64,000 nucleotides of DNA from Burkholderiaceae bacterium (GTDB lineage: Bacteria > Pseudomonadota > Gammaproteobacteria > Burkholderiales > Burkholderiaceae_F), in contig DASPPB010000014.1 in the NCBI GenBank assembly GCA_035625725.1, positions 3,672-67,671 on the forward strand. Reading direction: 5' to 3'. The notes below the pieces were generated by a model. That model was not told the DNA's origin, searched no databases, and saw nothing but the letters and a program-made list of their open reading frames with translations. The translations under genes and the position numbers were made by a program. This document shows positions 46,424 to 54,448 of the stretch, in pieces (within the stretch, counting starts at the first letter, position 1; each line of letters opens with the position of its first letter).

Positions 46424-46900
46424 ATGACGATTGTGTGGAACTCGACACTGAACACAGGGATCGATGTCATCGATTCCCAGCACAGGAGGATCGTCTCGTA
46501 CATCAACGCGCTCGAGGAGGCACGTGCTGCCAAGGATCGCACGCGCGTGGGTCACATCATCGAGCAACTCGTCGACTACACCCAGTCGCACTTCGGCTTC
46601 GAAGAGTCCCTCATGGAGGAGGCCGGCTATCGCTTCCTTAAGCCGCACCAGAAAGTTCACGAACTCTTCATCAAACGGGTGAACAGTTTCACGGTGCGTG
46701 CGGCAAAGGGAGAAGATATAAGCGACGAGCTGCACACGATGCTCTCCACCTGGCTGCTGAACCATATCGCGCATGAAGACCGCGACTACGCGGCTTCGGT
46801 CAAGAGGATGGCGGACGCCGAGGAAAGGACGCAGCCCGCCCCGGTCGTGCAGGCTAAACGAAAGAGCCTCCTGCGCCAGTTCTTCGGCCTCGGCAACTGA
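46424..46900 (+). CDS. bacteriohemerythrin
   Basis: Iron ligand pattern IDSQH, HFGFEE, HQKVHELF and HIAHEDRDY. 158 aa. Isolated between non-coding gaps of 532 bp and 787 bp. Confidence 0.85.
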   Translation: MTIVWNSTLNTGIDVIDSQHRRIVSYINALEEARAAKDRTRVGHIIEQLVDYTQSHFGFEESLMEEAGYRFLKPHQKVHELFIKRVNSFTVRAAKGEDISDELHTMLSTWLLNHIAHEDRDYAASVKRMADAEERTQPAPVVQAKRKSLLRQFFGLGN

Positions 46901-47349
46901 AGTCGCAAAAGAGAACCCGGGTTCGCGATTTTCGTGCCTCTTGCGCTACGCGAGAGCACGCCCGCAGTTGGCGCCCAAATGGCCGGCGCACCGGCGTCTC
47001 GGGGTGTGCCCGCACCGTAACGAGGCAGTCGTGCTGCCGGCCGGCCGCGAAGCCCCGAGTCGATTTCCGGGCCATGTCAACTTCCGTGATGTTGGCTTAA
47101 CCCGCAAAGAGAGGCAAGCCCGCATTGGGCCAACGCGATTTCCGAGCTGATGCAAGGGCGAAGCCGGAATATTCGTTTGGAACGCAAGCGCATCCCTGGA
47201 GCCGGGTTCGAAGTGGCAAACGTCTCGAAGCGTTGAGGGGCGAAAGGTTCGAAGCCCGCGGCTACATGTCCCGCGTTCAGCGGCAGCAACCTGCCGGCTG
47301 CGGCCCCTATCCGAGAAGGCCTAAGAGCGTACCCTGAAAGGGGTCAGAG

Positions 47350-47396
47350 GCGTGCTCGGGCGAGGGCTGCTTCGAGACGCTTGTTGTCTTTTTTTT
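47350..47396 (+). terminator. orphan rho-independent terminator (no annotated plus-strand gene within about 450 nt upstream)
   Basis: GCGTGCTCG (47350-47358) pairs with CGAGACGC (47373-47380), giving 8 bp with one bulge and a 14-nt loop. It is followed by TTGTTGTCTTTTTTTT (to 47396). Confidence 0.5.
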
Positions 47397-47418
47397 GAGT
47401 GACCCTTCAGCGGTCGTC

Positions 47419-47665
47419 TCACAGCCACTTGCGCACGCGCATCCGGACGGGAAGAATCAGCTTGAGGGCTCGCAAGAAATCCTCCGCCGGGATTTCTAAG
47501 ACATCGAATTGATCTGGAGACGCGGTCCGGTAGGACGAGCGAGGCCAAATGTGCTTGATCGGAAATGCTTGGCAGGTTGCAGCCGATGCGCACCGCAATC
47601 GCGTAAAGCCTGCGAAGACTCTGGCCGGGCACCGGAGTTTCCTTAGCTATCGTCTGTACGTTCAT
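47419..47665 (-). pseudogene. small ORF apparently split by a frameshift, divergent from DUF302 gene (unknown family)
   Basis: ATG 47665 opens MNVQTIAKETPVPGQSLRRLYAIAVRIGCNLPSISDQAHL..., which then degenerates into a Ser/Arg/Pro-rich tail. The adjacent frame reads ...SPDQFDVLEIPAEDFLRALKLILPVRMRVRKWL* and stops at 47419-47421. Neither frame alone gives a plausible protein. Confidence 0.25.
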
Positions 47666-47687
47666 CGCCACCGTTGGAGCGTATCCG

Positions 47688-48086
47688 ATGCAGCAGACCC
47701 AAATGGACTCCGGGATCGTCACAATTCCCTCGCAGCACAGTGTTGCGGACACGCTCGACCAGCTCGAGCGACTTCTCAGGGAGCGTGGTCTGATTGTCTT
47801 TGCTCGTATCGATTTCAGCCGGGATGCCGCGTCCGCGGGTTTGACGCTGCGTCCGGAACAAATGCTGATCTTCGGCAATCCGAAGGCGGGTACGCCGCTG
47901 ATGCAGGCAGCGGCGGTGTCGGGAATCGATTTGCCGCTCAAGGCGCTCGTCTGGGAAGACGCGGAAGGCAAGACCTGGCTTGCCTACAACGCGCCCGAGT
48001 ACCTCGTGCGGCGGCACGGGCTCAGACCATCCTTCGCTGCGAATCTGGCCTCGCCCATCGCTTTCCTCGAGGCGGCGACGAAGTGA
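47688..48086 (+). CDS. DUF302 domain protein
   Basis: GGAG lies 8 nt upstream of the ATG. ...FARIDFSRDAASAGLTLRPEQMLIFGNPKAGTPLMQ...GIDLPLKALVWEDAEGKTWLAYN is the characteristic DUF302 sequence. Confidence 0.8.
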   Translation: MQQTQMDSGIVTIPSQHSVADTLDQLERLLRERGLIVFARIDFSRDAASAGLTLRPEQMLIFGNPKAGTPLMQAAAVSGIDLPLKALVWEDAEGKTWLAYNAPEYLVRRHGLRPSFAANLASPIAFLEAATK

Positions 48087-48272
48087 AAGGGGTCAAATAG
48101 CATGGCAAAACGGGACGGATCTACAGAGGCGGGCATGTCAACCCGACGGACGCCCGCCTGCGCGAACGATCGGGCCCCAGGCACCTCGTCGCGCGTTCTC
48201 TCGGAGGCTTTTCGCCGGACGGAATGTCAGGCGGGGGTCGAGTATGCCTGTAGCGCATGGAGGCGGATTGCT

Positions 48273-48668
48273 ATGGCGAGTCGTGGCGCTTTGCTGCTTG
48301 GCCTTGCTCTTGCGTTAACCCTTTCTTTGGCGGCCCCCGGATGGGCCGACGATACAGTTGAGGTCGGCATCGGGCATCGAGGATGTCGTGAGGCGCTGAA
48401 GATCTTGCGCGCGACCGAGTCGCGGGATCGAACGCTGCTTGGCCAATGGTCACAGGGATACCTTTCGGGGCGAAATGCACTGACGCCGCCGGATCTGGCC
48501 GCGTGTCGACGTAGGTACCGGCCGTTGCCCGAAATGGAGGCCATGATGAAATGGCTGGAGCAGTATTGCGGCCGAAACCCCGATCACGGTTTCATAATGG
48601 CCAATGATGTGCTCTTCGACAGTTTGCCTAAAAGGGAGCTCAGAATTCCGGACTGCAGAGCAAACTGA
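48273..48668 (+). CDS. hypothetical secreted protein with four Cys
   Basis: ATG 48273 has GGAGG 9 nt upstream. Signal peptide MASRGALLLGLALALTLSLAAPGWA. The mature part is about 106 aa with Cys in GCREAL, AACRRR, QYCGRN and PDCRAN. I recognise no family. Confidence 0.55.
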   Translation: MASRGALLLGLALALTLSLAAPGWADDTVEVGIGHRGCREALKILRATESRDRTLLGQWSQGYLSGRNALTPPDLAACRRRYRPLPEMEAMMKWLEQYCGRNPDHGFIMANDVLFDSLPKRELRIPDCRAN

Positions 48669-48725
48669 TGAGTGACCGCCCTTAGGGCCGGAGAGTCGTC
48701 TTGGATTGAGTGCGCCGGGCGCAGT

Positions 48726-48786
48726 GAACGCCCGTCCCAGCCTGGGTAGAACTTGCTACGCGAAGCGCTTGAACTCCCGTCCCAGC
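48726..48786. repeat. two copies of a 16-nt direct repeat upstream of the flavoprotein gene
   Basis: GAACGCCCGTCCCAGC (48726-48741) and GAACTCCCGTCCCAGC (48771-48786) match at 15 of 16 positions and are offset by 45 bp. They lie 87-147 nt upstream of ATG 48873. Confidence 0.7.
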
Positions 48787-48872
48787 GAATCGGGGGTTGG
48801 CGGGATCGCGGTCCGAGCGGTCGCGGGGCAAAATAGCTGCGGATGGTCCCTGCGCACGGGGGAGCGACGTTC

Positions 48873-50252
48873 ATGACGCGGCGCTTTGACGCAATCATCA
48901 TCGGCAGCGGACAAGCCGGGCCGCCACTTGCCGGCCGGCTGACGAACGCGGGGATGTCGGTCGCTTTCATTGAGCGCGAACACTTCGGCGGCACCTGCGT
49001 AAACGACGGCTGCATTCCTACGAAGACGCTCGTGGCGAGCGCCTACGCGGCTTTCATGGCGCGTCGCCACGCGGACTTCGGCGTAACGCTGAGCGGGCCG
49101 ATCGGAGTGGATATGCGGGCCGTACGGGCGCGCAAGGACGGCATCGTGCAAGCTTCTGTCGACGGGGTCGCTGCTTGGGTCAAGGCAATGCCCAAGTTGA
49201 GCGTCTTCTGGGGATCGGCGCGCTTTACGGGGGCGCACCGCGTTGCCGTCGATGGCGAGGTACTGGAATCGGAGCGCATTTTCATCAACGTTGGCGGAAC
49301 ACCCTTCGTGCCTCAGTGGAATGGACTGCGCGATGTGCCGTACCTTACGAATACCAGCATGATGGAAGTGGACTATTTGCCTGAGCACCTCGTGATTGTG
49401 GGGGGTAGCTATATCGGGTTGGAATTTGCGCAGATGTATCGGCGCTTTGGCTCGCGAGTGACGATCGTCGAGCAGGGTCCGCGGCTCATCGCGCGGGAAG
49501 ATGAAGATGTCTCGGAAGCGATTCATGACATTTTGGTCGGCGAAGACATACAAATCCGCTTGAATGCGAAATGCATCGGCGTCGCTCGGCATGGAGCGGG
49601 CGTCGCGGTCCGGTCGGAGTGTGTCGCAGGCGAACCCGCAGTTGCCGGCAGTCACCTGCTACTTGCGATCGGCCGGCGCCCCAACACCGACGGGCTAGGG
49701 CTGGACGTGGCGGGGATCTCGTGCGATGAGCGCGGGTTCATACGCGTCGATGAGCAGTTGCGCACGAACGTGCCGGGAGTATGGGCGCTGGGGGACGTCA
49801 ATGGGCGCGGTGCCTTCACACACACTTCTTGGAATGACTACGAGATTGTGGCAGCCAATGTACTCGATGCCGATCCGCGTCGCGTAAGCGAGCGCATTGG
49901 TGCCTACGCGCTTTTCATCGATCCGCCGCTGGGGCGGGCGGGAATGACCGAGCGCGAGGTGCGCGCTTCGGGCGCAAAGGCGCTCATCGGCAAGATCCCA
50001 ATGACTCGAGTCGGCCGGGCGCGCGAGCGCGGGGAGAGCCTCGGGTTCATGAAGATTCTCGTGGATGCGCCGACAAAGACGATTCTGGGAGCTGCGCTGC
50101 TCGGCTTAAACGGCGATGAAATTGTCCATACGATTCTTGACATCATGTACGCCAGAGCGCCCTACACCGTGATTGCCCGGGCAATGCACATTCACCCAAC
50201 GGTTTCCGAACTCCTTCCCACCCTGTTGCAGAACATGGCGCCACTGCACTGA
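48873..50252 (+). CDS. FAD-dependent pyridine nucleotide-disulfide oxidoreductase (RclA / mercuric-reductase-like, no C-terminal Cys pair)
   Basis: GGGGGAG SD. FDAIIIGSGQAGPPLA (FAD binding), redox-active GGTCVNDGCIPTK, and C-terminal HIHPTVSE. There is no NmerA domain and no C-terminal CC, so it is not a true MerA. Confidence 0.85.
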   Translation: MTRRFDAIIIGSGQAGPPLAGRLTNAGMSVAFIEREHFGGTCVNDGCIPTKTLVASAYAAFMARRHADFGVTLSGPIGVDMRAVRARKDGIVQASVDGVAAWVKAMPKLSVFWGSARFTGAHRVAVDGEVLESERIFINVGGTPFVPQWNGLRDVPYLTNTSMMEVDYLPEHLVIVGGSYIGLEFAQMYRRFGSRVTIVEQGPRLIAREDEDVSEAIHDILVGEDIQIRLNAKCIGVARHGAGVAVRSECVAGEPAVAGSHLLLAIGRRPNTDGLGLDVAGISCDERGFIRVDEQLRTNVPGVWALGDVNGRGAFTHTSWNDYEIVAANVLDADPRRVSERIGAYALFIDPPLGRAGMTEREVRASGAKALIGKIPMTRVGRARERGESLGFMKILVDAPTKTILGAALLGLNGDEIVHTILDIMYARAPYTVIARAMHIHPTVSELLPTLLQNMAPLH

Positions 50253-50287
50253 CAGCCTGGGTCTGGCCGGAACAGAAAAAAGCGCTT

Positions 50288-51400
50288 ATGGACCGCGTAG
50301 AGCCGACAAAGCAAAGCGACCGCCCCCCGCTCCCGGGCCAAGTCGTCCTCGTACTGCAGGGCGGTGGCGCCTTGGGTGCATTCCAGGGCGGGGTATATGA
50401 GGCGATGCACGAGCAGGGCATCGAGCCCGATTGGGTGATCGGCACCTCGATCGGCGCGATCAATGGAGCACTGATCGCGGGCAATGCGGTGGAGCATCGC
50501 CTGGAGCGGTTGCAGCAATTCTGGAAGCGAGTGTCCGTAGGCGCCGCGCCCACGTCTCTGGCCAGCACCATGGTCGGCCAATTCTTCTCCAGTTTTTCGA
50601 TTCTCGCCGGCGGCGTACCCGGATTCTTCAGTCCGCGACCGCTGGGGTGGCAGGGTCTCTACGCCGACAGGGGCGTGGACCGTGCCTCCTATTACCGCAC
50701 CGACGCTCTGGAGCAGACGCTTTCGGAACTCGTCGATACGGACGCTTTGAATTCGCGTAAGCCGCGGCTGACAGTGGGTGCGGTAAACGTCTGCTCGGGT
50801 GCAATGCGCTACTTTGATAGTCGTGACGAAAACCTCACGCTCGATCACATTCGGGCGTCTGGCGCGCTGCCGCCGTACTTTGGCGCAGTGCGCATCGATG
50901 CGGAGCCCTTTTGGGATGGCGGCATTTATTCGAACACGCCGATCGAAGCGGTGCTGGACGACCGACCGCGACGCGATTCCCTGATTTTTGCGGTTCACGT
51001 CTGGCAGCCGACGGCCGTCGAGCCGCCTACGATCTGGGACGTACTCGGCCGCCAAAAAGATATCCAATATGCCAGCCGCGACATGAGTCATCTGGGGCGT
51101 CAGCGCCAGATTCATCGCCTCCGGCACATCATCCGCGAGTTGAGCATGCGCCTGCCGCAGGAGCAGCTTGGGCGACCCGAAGTGCAGGACCTCGTCGCCT
51201 ACGGCTGTGGCACGACGATGCACGTCTTGCATCTGCAGGCGCCCCGCATTGACGGGGAAAATCACATGAAGGATATCGACTTCACCCCGCACGGCATTCG
51301 AATGCGCTGGGATGCGGGCTATGCGGATGCTGTGCAGGCGCTGGAGCGTCGGGCATGGCTCGAACGAAGCGATCCGATCGAGGGGATCGTCGAACACTGA
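50288..51400 (+). CDS. patatin-like phospholipase
   Basis: Oxyanion region LQGGGALGAFQ, serine lipase motif GTSIGA and Asp motif FWDGG. 370 aa with a C-terminal extension. Only 35 nt separates it from the preceding flavoprotein gene. Confidence 0.85.
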   Translation: MDRVEPTKQSDRPPLPGQVVLVLQGGGALGAFQGGVYEAMHEQGIEPDWVIGTSIGAINGALIAGNAVEHRLERLQQFWKRVSVGAAPTSLASTMVGQFFSSFSILAGGVPGFFSPRPLGWQGLYADRGVDRASYYRTDALEQTLSELVDTDALNSRKPRLTVGAVNVCSGAMRYFDSRDENLTLDHIRASGALPPYFGAVRIDAEPFWDGGIYSNTPIEAVLDDRPRRDSLIFAVHVWQPTAVEPPTIWDVLGRQKDIQYASRDMSHLGRQRQIHRLRHIIRELSMRLPQEQLGRPEVQDLVAYGCGTTMHVLHLQAPRIDGENHMKDIDFTPHGIRMRWDAGYADAVQALERRAWLERSDPIEGIVEH

Positions 51401-51613
51401 AGAACGCGGCGCTTCGCGTCTCGCGCGTGCCTCGCGCCAAAGCAATCATTCCGATCATCGCCGCCACTGCGCTTCGAAACACCGGCGCGAGCCGGCCCGA
51501 CCGACCCAAGCCAGTCGCTGTTGCGCGGCACCAACGTGCATGCGCTCTACGACCTATACTGCCCGCAAGCGTGTTCGAAGGCACTTCCAATACCAATACC
51601 GCGGGAGAACACC

Positions 51614-53701
51614 ATGAATGATGCGGCTGCGATTGTGCCGACCACCGTGCAAGGCAAGCTCCTGTGGGCCGTCGTCGCCGCCGTCGGTGCCATTTCGCTG
51701 GGTGTTTTTGCACTCAACCGCGGAGAGGCGATCAGTGCTTCGTGGCTCGTGGTTGCCGCGGTGTGTGTTTACCTGATCGCATACCGCTTTTATGCCCGGT
51801 TCATTGCCTATCGAGCGCTGGGCGCCGACGCGACGCGACAAACGCCCGCCTATCGCCGCAACGATGGCTTGGATTACGTGCCAACCAATCGTTATGTCCT
51901 CTTTGGACATCACTTCGCGGCAATCGCTGGCGCGGGGCCGCTGGTCGGTCCGGTGCTCGCGGCGCAGATGGGCTATTTGCCGGGGACGTTGTGGCTTCTT
52001 GCAGGCGTTGTGTTTGCCGGGGCGGTCCAGGACATGACGGTACTTTTCCTATCGACCCGCCGCGATGGCCGCTCGCTCGGGGAGATTATCCGCGCCGAGA
52101 TGGGACCGGCTCCGGGCACGATTGCCGGCATCGGCGTTCTTCTTATCTGCATCATCATCCTGGCTGTTTTGGCTCTTGTAGTAGTCAACGCGCTCAAAGG
52201 CAGCCCCTGGGGCACCTTCACGGTGTTTTGCACGATTCCCATCGCCCTCATCATGGGCATCTACGGCCGTTATGTTCGACCCGCGCGCGTGGGCGAAATG
52301 TCGGCCATCGGGGCCGTTTTGCTCATCGTCGCCCTTCTTTACGGACGCACGGTCGCGGAAACGCCGCAGTTGGCTGCCCTATTTACCTTTAGCGGCCCGA
52401 GCCTCGCGCTGATCATCATCGGCTACGGCTACGTCGCATCGGTGCTGCCGGTTTGGCTGCTTCTCGCGCCGCGCGATTATCTTTCCACGTTCATGAAGAT
52501 CGGGACGGTCGGCTTGCTGGCGATCGGCATTCTCCTCGTCCGACCCGAGTTGCAAATGCCGGCCCTCACCCAGTTCACGGACGGTACGGGCCCGGTATGG
52601 GCCGGCAGTCTGTTCCCCTTTCTCTTCATCACGATCGCCTGCGGCGCGGTTTCCGGATGGCACGCGCTGATCTCCTCGGGCACGACGCCCAAGATGATCG
52701 AAAACGAAGCCCAGGTGCAGTTCATCGGTTACGGCGCGATGCTGATGGAGTCTTTTGTCGGGGTGATGGCGATGATCGCAGCTTGTGCCATTCACCCGGG
52801 AGCGTATTTTGCGATGAACAGCGCGGCTGCCGTAATCGGGACAACGGCGACGCAGGCCGCGGCGACCATTTCCTCCTGGGGTTTCGTGGTCACGCCCGAT
52901 GCGCTGGCGCAGATCGCGCAAGACGTGGGCGAGAAAACGATACTGTCGCGTACCGGTGGCGCTCCGACCTTGGCTGTCGGCATGGCCCAGATCCTGGCCC
53001 AGTTCCTGGGCGGAAAATCGATGATGGCGATCTGGTACCACTTCGCGATCCTGTTTGAGGCCCTGTTCATATTGACCACCGTCGATGCGGGTACGCGCGT
53101 GTGCCGGTTCATGATCCAGGATCTTGTCGGCAATGCGATTCCGACGTTCCGCGAAACCAAATCGTGGGCCAATAACCTCGTTGGCTCTGCAATTTCATGT
53201 GCGATGTGGGGCTATTTTCTCTACGTCGGCATCATCGATCCCTTCGGTGGGATCTGGACGTTGTGGCCCCTGTTCGGCACGGCAAACCAGATGTTGGCAG
53301 CGATCGCGCTGATGCTGTGCACCGTGGTGCTGTTCAAGATGAAGCGTCAGCAATACGCCTGGGTGACCGTGGTACCGGCCACCTGGCTGGTCGTTTGCAC
53401 CGTCAGTGCGGGATTCGAAAAGGCCTTCAGCTCGAACCCGGCAGTCGGCTTTTTCGCGCACGCGGCAAAATTCGGCAGTGCCGCCGCGGCGGGCGAAGTG
53501 CTGGCGCCGGCCAAGACGCTGGGCGACATGACGCGGATCGTGTTTAACGACAACCTGGATGCGATGTTGGCGGTCGTTTTTATCGTGGTCGTGCTTTCGA
53601 CGCTGGCCTATGCGTTGATCAGCATCCGCAAGGCTCTTGCGGTACCGACCAGCACCACCCAGGAGGTGGGCGCTGTCGCTTTGGCGGGAGGCACCAGATG
53701 A
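51614..53701 (+). CDS. cstA: carbon starvation protein A (peptide/pyruvate transporter family)
   Basis: From ATG 51614 (GGGAGA SD). 695 aa, polytopic, with typical CstA blocks (FGHHFAAIAGAGPLVGPVLAAQ, ACGAVSGWHALISSGTTPKM). Confidence 0.9.
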   Translation: MNDAAAIVPTTVQGKLLWAVVAAVGAISLGVFALNRGEAISASWLVVAAVCVYLIAYRFYARFIAYRALGADATRQTPAYRRNDGLDYVPTNRYVLFGHHFAAIAGAGPLVGPVLAAQMGYLPGTLWLLAGVVFAGAVQDMTVLFLSTRRDGRSLGEIIRAEMGPAPGTIAGIGVLLICIIILAVLALVVVNALKGSPWGTFTVFCTIPIALIMGIYGRYVRPARVGEMSAIGAVLLIVALLYGRTVAETPQLAALFTFSGPSLALIIIGYGYVASVLPVWLLLAPRDYLSTFMKIGTVGLLAIGILLVRPELQMPALTQFTDGTGPVWAGSLFPFLFITIACGAVSGWHALISSGTTPKMIENEAQVQFIGYGAMLMESFVGVMAMIAACAIHPGAYFAMNSAAAVIGTTATQAAATISSWGFVVTPDALAQIAQDVGEKTILSRTGGAPTLAVGMAQILAQFLGGKSMMAIWYHFAILFEALFILTTVDAGTRVCRFMIQDLVGNAIPTFRETKSWANNLVGSAISCAMWGYFLYVGIIDPFGGIWTLWPLFGTANQMLAAIALMLCTVVLFKMKRQQYAWVTVVPATWLVVCTVSAGFEKAFSSNPAVGFFAHAAKFGSAAAAGEVLAPAKTLGDMTRIVFNDNLDAMLAVVFIVVVLSTLAYALISIRKALAVPTSTTQEVGAVALAGGTR

Positions 53702-53898
53702 ACAAATTGCGGATCGCCTATGGCTGGGCGCAGCGCGCTGCACGCATGATGATCGGTATTCCCGACTACGAGACCTATGTCCAACATCGCAAAACGTTTC
53801 ACCCCAACGAATCGATCATGAGCTATGAGGAATTTTTCTTTGAGCGCCAATCGGTGCGGTACACGGTGAGTCGGGATCGAATGAAGGGCTGCTGCTAA
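53698..53898 (+). CDS. YbdD/YjiX family small protein
   Basis: MIGIPDYETYVQHRKTFHPNESIMSYEEFFFERQ matches the YbdD/YjiX pattern. Its ATG overlaps the cstA stop (ATGA), the canonical cstA-ybdD arrangement. Confidence 0.85.
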   Translation: MNKLRIAYGWAQRAARMMIGIPDYETYVQHRKTFHPNESIMSYEEFFFERQSVRYTVSRDRMKGCC

Positions 53899-54422
53899 TG
53901 CGCACTGCGCGCCGCCGCAATTGCGCTGACGCGTAAGCTCGCCGGCGTTGCTTTGCGGCGATCACTAGGGGCTGGGGGCCGTGCATCGGGCATCAACCCC
54001 GGAGCGACCGGCGCGTGAATCAATCTGCCGGATTTTTCTGCGTAGGCCCTCTTCTGCGATTGTGCGCCGCTCGCAAAACGGCACATTTTTGTGTCGTCGT
54101 TGCGGCCCTCGTAGTAGGTCGGTTCCCAACGGTGGCGAAGATTCGGGTGGTGTTCGAAGCTGATCCGATGGGACGCGGCCCGGAGACTTCGGTCTCCTCG
54201 GCGGGAAGCCGACGGCGCGCGCACCGCCTCGGCGTTGTCGAAAGTGTGACCAACGTGTTGGGCGGTGGCGAACGGAAATTCGCGCGACTCGTGTTGGGCG
54301 AAGTGGCAGGTACGGACCATGCGCCACGGGAAGCGAAGGCCCGTAATTGCGCGCGTGTGGCCGTTGCGCAGGATGCCCGGACTGTAGGCGAGACCGCGCC
54401 GCGGCAGGCAGATGAGACTCGG
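53895..54422 (-). CDS. unassigned ORF with coding-like codon bias but no canonical start (5'-truncated relic or non-ATG start)
   Basis: The open frame runs from just after an in-frame TAG (54423-54425) to the stop at 53895. The only ATG is at 54320. By my count, 28 of the 34 codons upstream of that ATG end in G/C. Sequence: ...GLAYSPGILRNGHTRAITGLRFPWRMVRTCHFAQHESREFPFATAQHVGHTFDN.... The C-terminal third looks degenerate. Confidence 0.3.
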   Translation of the reverse strand, partial: PSLICLPRRGLAYSPGILRNGHTRAITGLRFPWRMVRTCHFAQHESREFPFATAQHVGHTFDNAEAVRAPSASRRGDRSLRAASHRISFEHHPNLRHRWEPTYYEGRNDDTKMCRFASGAQSQKRAYAEKSGRLIHAPVAPGLMPDARPPAPSDRRKATPASLRVSAIAAARSAH

Positions 54423-54448
54423 CTAACGACCGCTAGAGCCTCGGAATT

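Noticed and set aside
47205-47254. Two GGTTCGAAG motifs resembling tRNA T-loops (a possible tRNA gene or att-site relic that could mark an island boundary)
   Set aside because: The flanking bases cannot form a T-stem or acceptor stem (GCCGG/GTGGC and GAAAG/GCCCG are not complementary), and no CCA-proximal acceptor sequence is present.
50288-51400. Patatin phospholipase as the effector of a CBASS-like or other anti-phage system
   Set aside because: No cyclase/nucleotidyltransferase, sensor, E1/E2/JAB or other defence partner is adjacent. The neighbours are a flavoprotein reductase and cstA, so a defence role has no support.
53895-54422. Possible MsrB (SelR) relic, suggested by MVRT...HVGHTFDN resembling GM.RTEV.C..C..HLGHVF.DG
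   Set aside because: The spacing between the two blocks is about 17 residues instead of about 9. The CxxC pairs and the RYCINS block are absent. I kept it as an unassigned ORF instead.
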